A stretch of 64,000 nucleotides of DNA, taken from the NCBI GenBank assembly GCA_050613775.1, contig JBODTK010000012.1:1054001-1118000 (forward strand). The letters are read 5' to 3'. Positions 62,041-64,000 of the stretch are shown here, piece by piece; position 1 is the stretch's first letter, and each line of letters opens with the position of its first letter. The position numbers and the translations under genes are program-made. This stretch comes from Neocallimastix sp. 'constans' (Eukaryota). The notes under the pieces were generated by a model, which saw nothing but the letters and a program-made list of their open reading frames with translations, was not told where the DNA came from and searched no databases.

Positions 62041-62653
62041 AAATCGCTTATAATTAGATAGAAATTTAAAATTATAATTCTATTTATAATAATAATAAAT
62101 ATTTTATCAATGTTTATCTATTTTATTTTAATACTAATTTTATGGCATATTCAAATTTTTTTTTTTTTTAAAAAAAAAAAAAAAATAAATTTAATAATTA
62201 AAAAAGCTTAATTTCAATCTTGATATTATTTTTTTTTTAAGAAAAAAATATATATATATATATAATATATATCAAATTATTCAATTTAATAATTTCATCT
62301 ATTATATATGTATTGATTTTATTGTATAGAACATCTCTTTTTTTTTTTTTTTATTAATATTTATTATAATTTCTTATTTACATAAAGTTTATTTAAATGT
62401 TAGATTTATAAGAAAAAAAAAAAAAAAGAATCATTGAAATGTAACAATAATTTTTTTTCTGTAATTTCATGTAACAGTTGATATACATTAAAATAAAAAA
62501 GTATAATGTAATAAAAATAATAATATTTTACTGCAAATTATTAAAAATAATATAAAAGTATAAATTAATAATATAAAGTATAAAATAAAATTAAATCTGT
62601 AACAAAAAATAAAGTATATAATAATAATAATAAAAAAAAAAAAAAAAAAAAAA
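61133..62653. repeat. Block C, copy 2, directly joined to block B copy 2
   Basis: Matches 50290-51830. Confidence 0.92.
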
Positions 62654-62671
62654 GCATATAACTAAATAAAG

Positions 62672-62725
<54 letters not shown>

Positions 62726-64000
62726 ATAGAATAAAATACATTATAAAAATAATAATGAAATAAAGTATATTATTCTAATTATTATTATTATTATTTTTAA
62801 ATAATGTTTAATAATATTTATAAAATAGTATAGAAAAAAATAAAATAAAACAAAAGCATTCATAATAAATGCTATCCTATATAGAATGTATGGAATAATG
62901 ATGATGATGAAGTATGGAAGGAAGTGTTTTAATGAAAAAAACTCCTCAAATAATTTATATAAAATTTAATTTAAAAATAAAAAGAAATAAATAAAACTAT
63001 TTATATATAAATATAAAAAAAAAATTTTTAATAGTCATTAATAAAATAAAATAAAAAATATATATATCTATATTTAGATATTTTGACAATTAGGGTCTAT
63101 TGTATTTTATTTCATTTTTCCTTTTTTTTTCTTTTTTTTTTTTTAATTTTAATTTTATTTTTTTTTTTTTATTATTATTTTAATATAATATAAAAAAAAA
63201 TTAAAATATTTCTTTTTCTATATTTAATTAAAAATAATAATAAGTGAATGAATAAATGAATATTAAATAAATAAATATACAAATTAATTTAAACTTAATT
63301 GATTATCGTCTTAAGTATACCTTGAATTATCTTTACTATTATTGTTGTTAATTGTAAATATAATATTTTTATTATTATTATTATAAATACAATTTATTAT
63401 TATTATTATTTGTCATGATTATTAAAATGTTTTAAAATGTATGTTAATCTACTTTTTTTTAAAAAAAAAAAATTAAATGTTTATTTATATTATATATATT
63501 ATCTTTATTTATGTATTATAAAAAAATATATAATAAATAATATATATATTATTTATTTATTTTATCTATTTAAATAGTTTTATTTTATATTTTAAAAATA
63601 CTATAAATATTAAAAGAGCTTTATTATTTTTAATAGAAATGTATTAAATTTTTAGGGGATAAAATAAATAAATAAATAAATAAATAAAAATACGAATAAT
63701 AAATTAAATTAAAAAAAAAAAAAAATTTTAGTTTAATTATCTAATTAATAGAAATGTATCATCCATCAATTCAATTAAGAGATTTCTTTAATTTATCTCT
63801 CTAGTTTTATTTATTTATTTATTTATTATTGTTAATATTTATTTATTTACTTTTTTATATTATTACAAGTTATTATTTATTTATTTATTTATTTATATCA
63901 TTACAGTTATTTATTTATTTATTTACTTTTTTATTTATATTTTTATTAAAAAAATTAAAAGATAAATAGATAAAAGATATTTATAAAATAAATATATATC

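Overview
Extremely AT-rich eukaryotic DNA with GT-AG introns, long homopolymers and microsatellites. The composition suggests an anaerobic gut fungus (Neocallimastigomycota-like), but that is an inference. The first ~42 kb holds four host genes: a 7TM membrane protein, a coiled-coil/W2-domain protein, a 5-exon PIH1+CS gene and a 4-exon PQ-loop transporter. Between them lie decayed transposons: two MULE pseudo-elements (one split by a solo LTR with a 5-bp TSD), several APE/RT LINE remnants and a Ty1/copia remnant. The last ~21 kb (42.7-62.7 kb) is different. It consists of two head-to-tail units that share three long blocks (A, B, C) but carry different intronless cargo. Unit 1 contains an intact, highly divergent, stand-alone C-terminal half of a multisubunit RNA polymerase largest subunit (trigger loop through region H, split like archaeal Rpo1C/A'', no CTD) and a 16-copy punctuated satellite. 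Unit 2 contains a ~6 kb and a ~1.5 kb decayed ORF. The best reading is an endogenised virus or virus-like plasmid with its own split RNA polymerase. All family calls come from motif recognition by eye; no searches were run.
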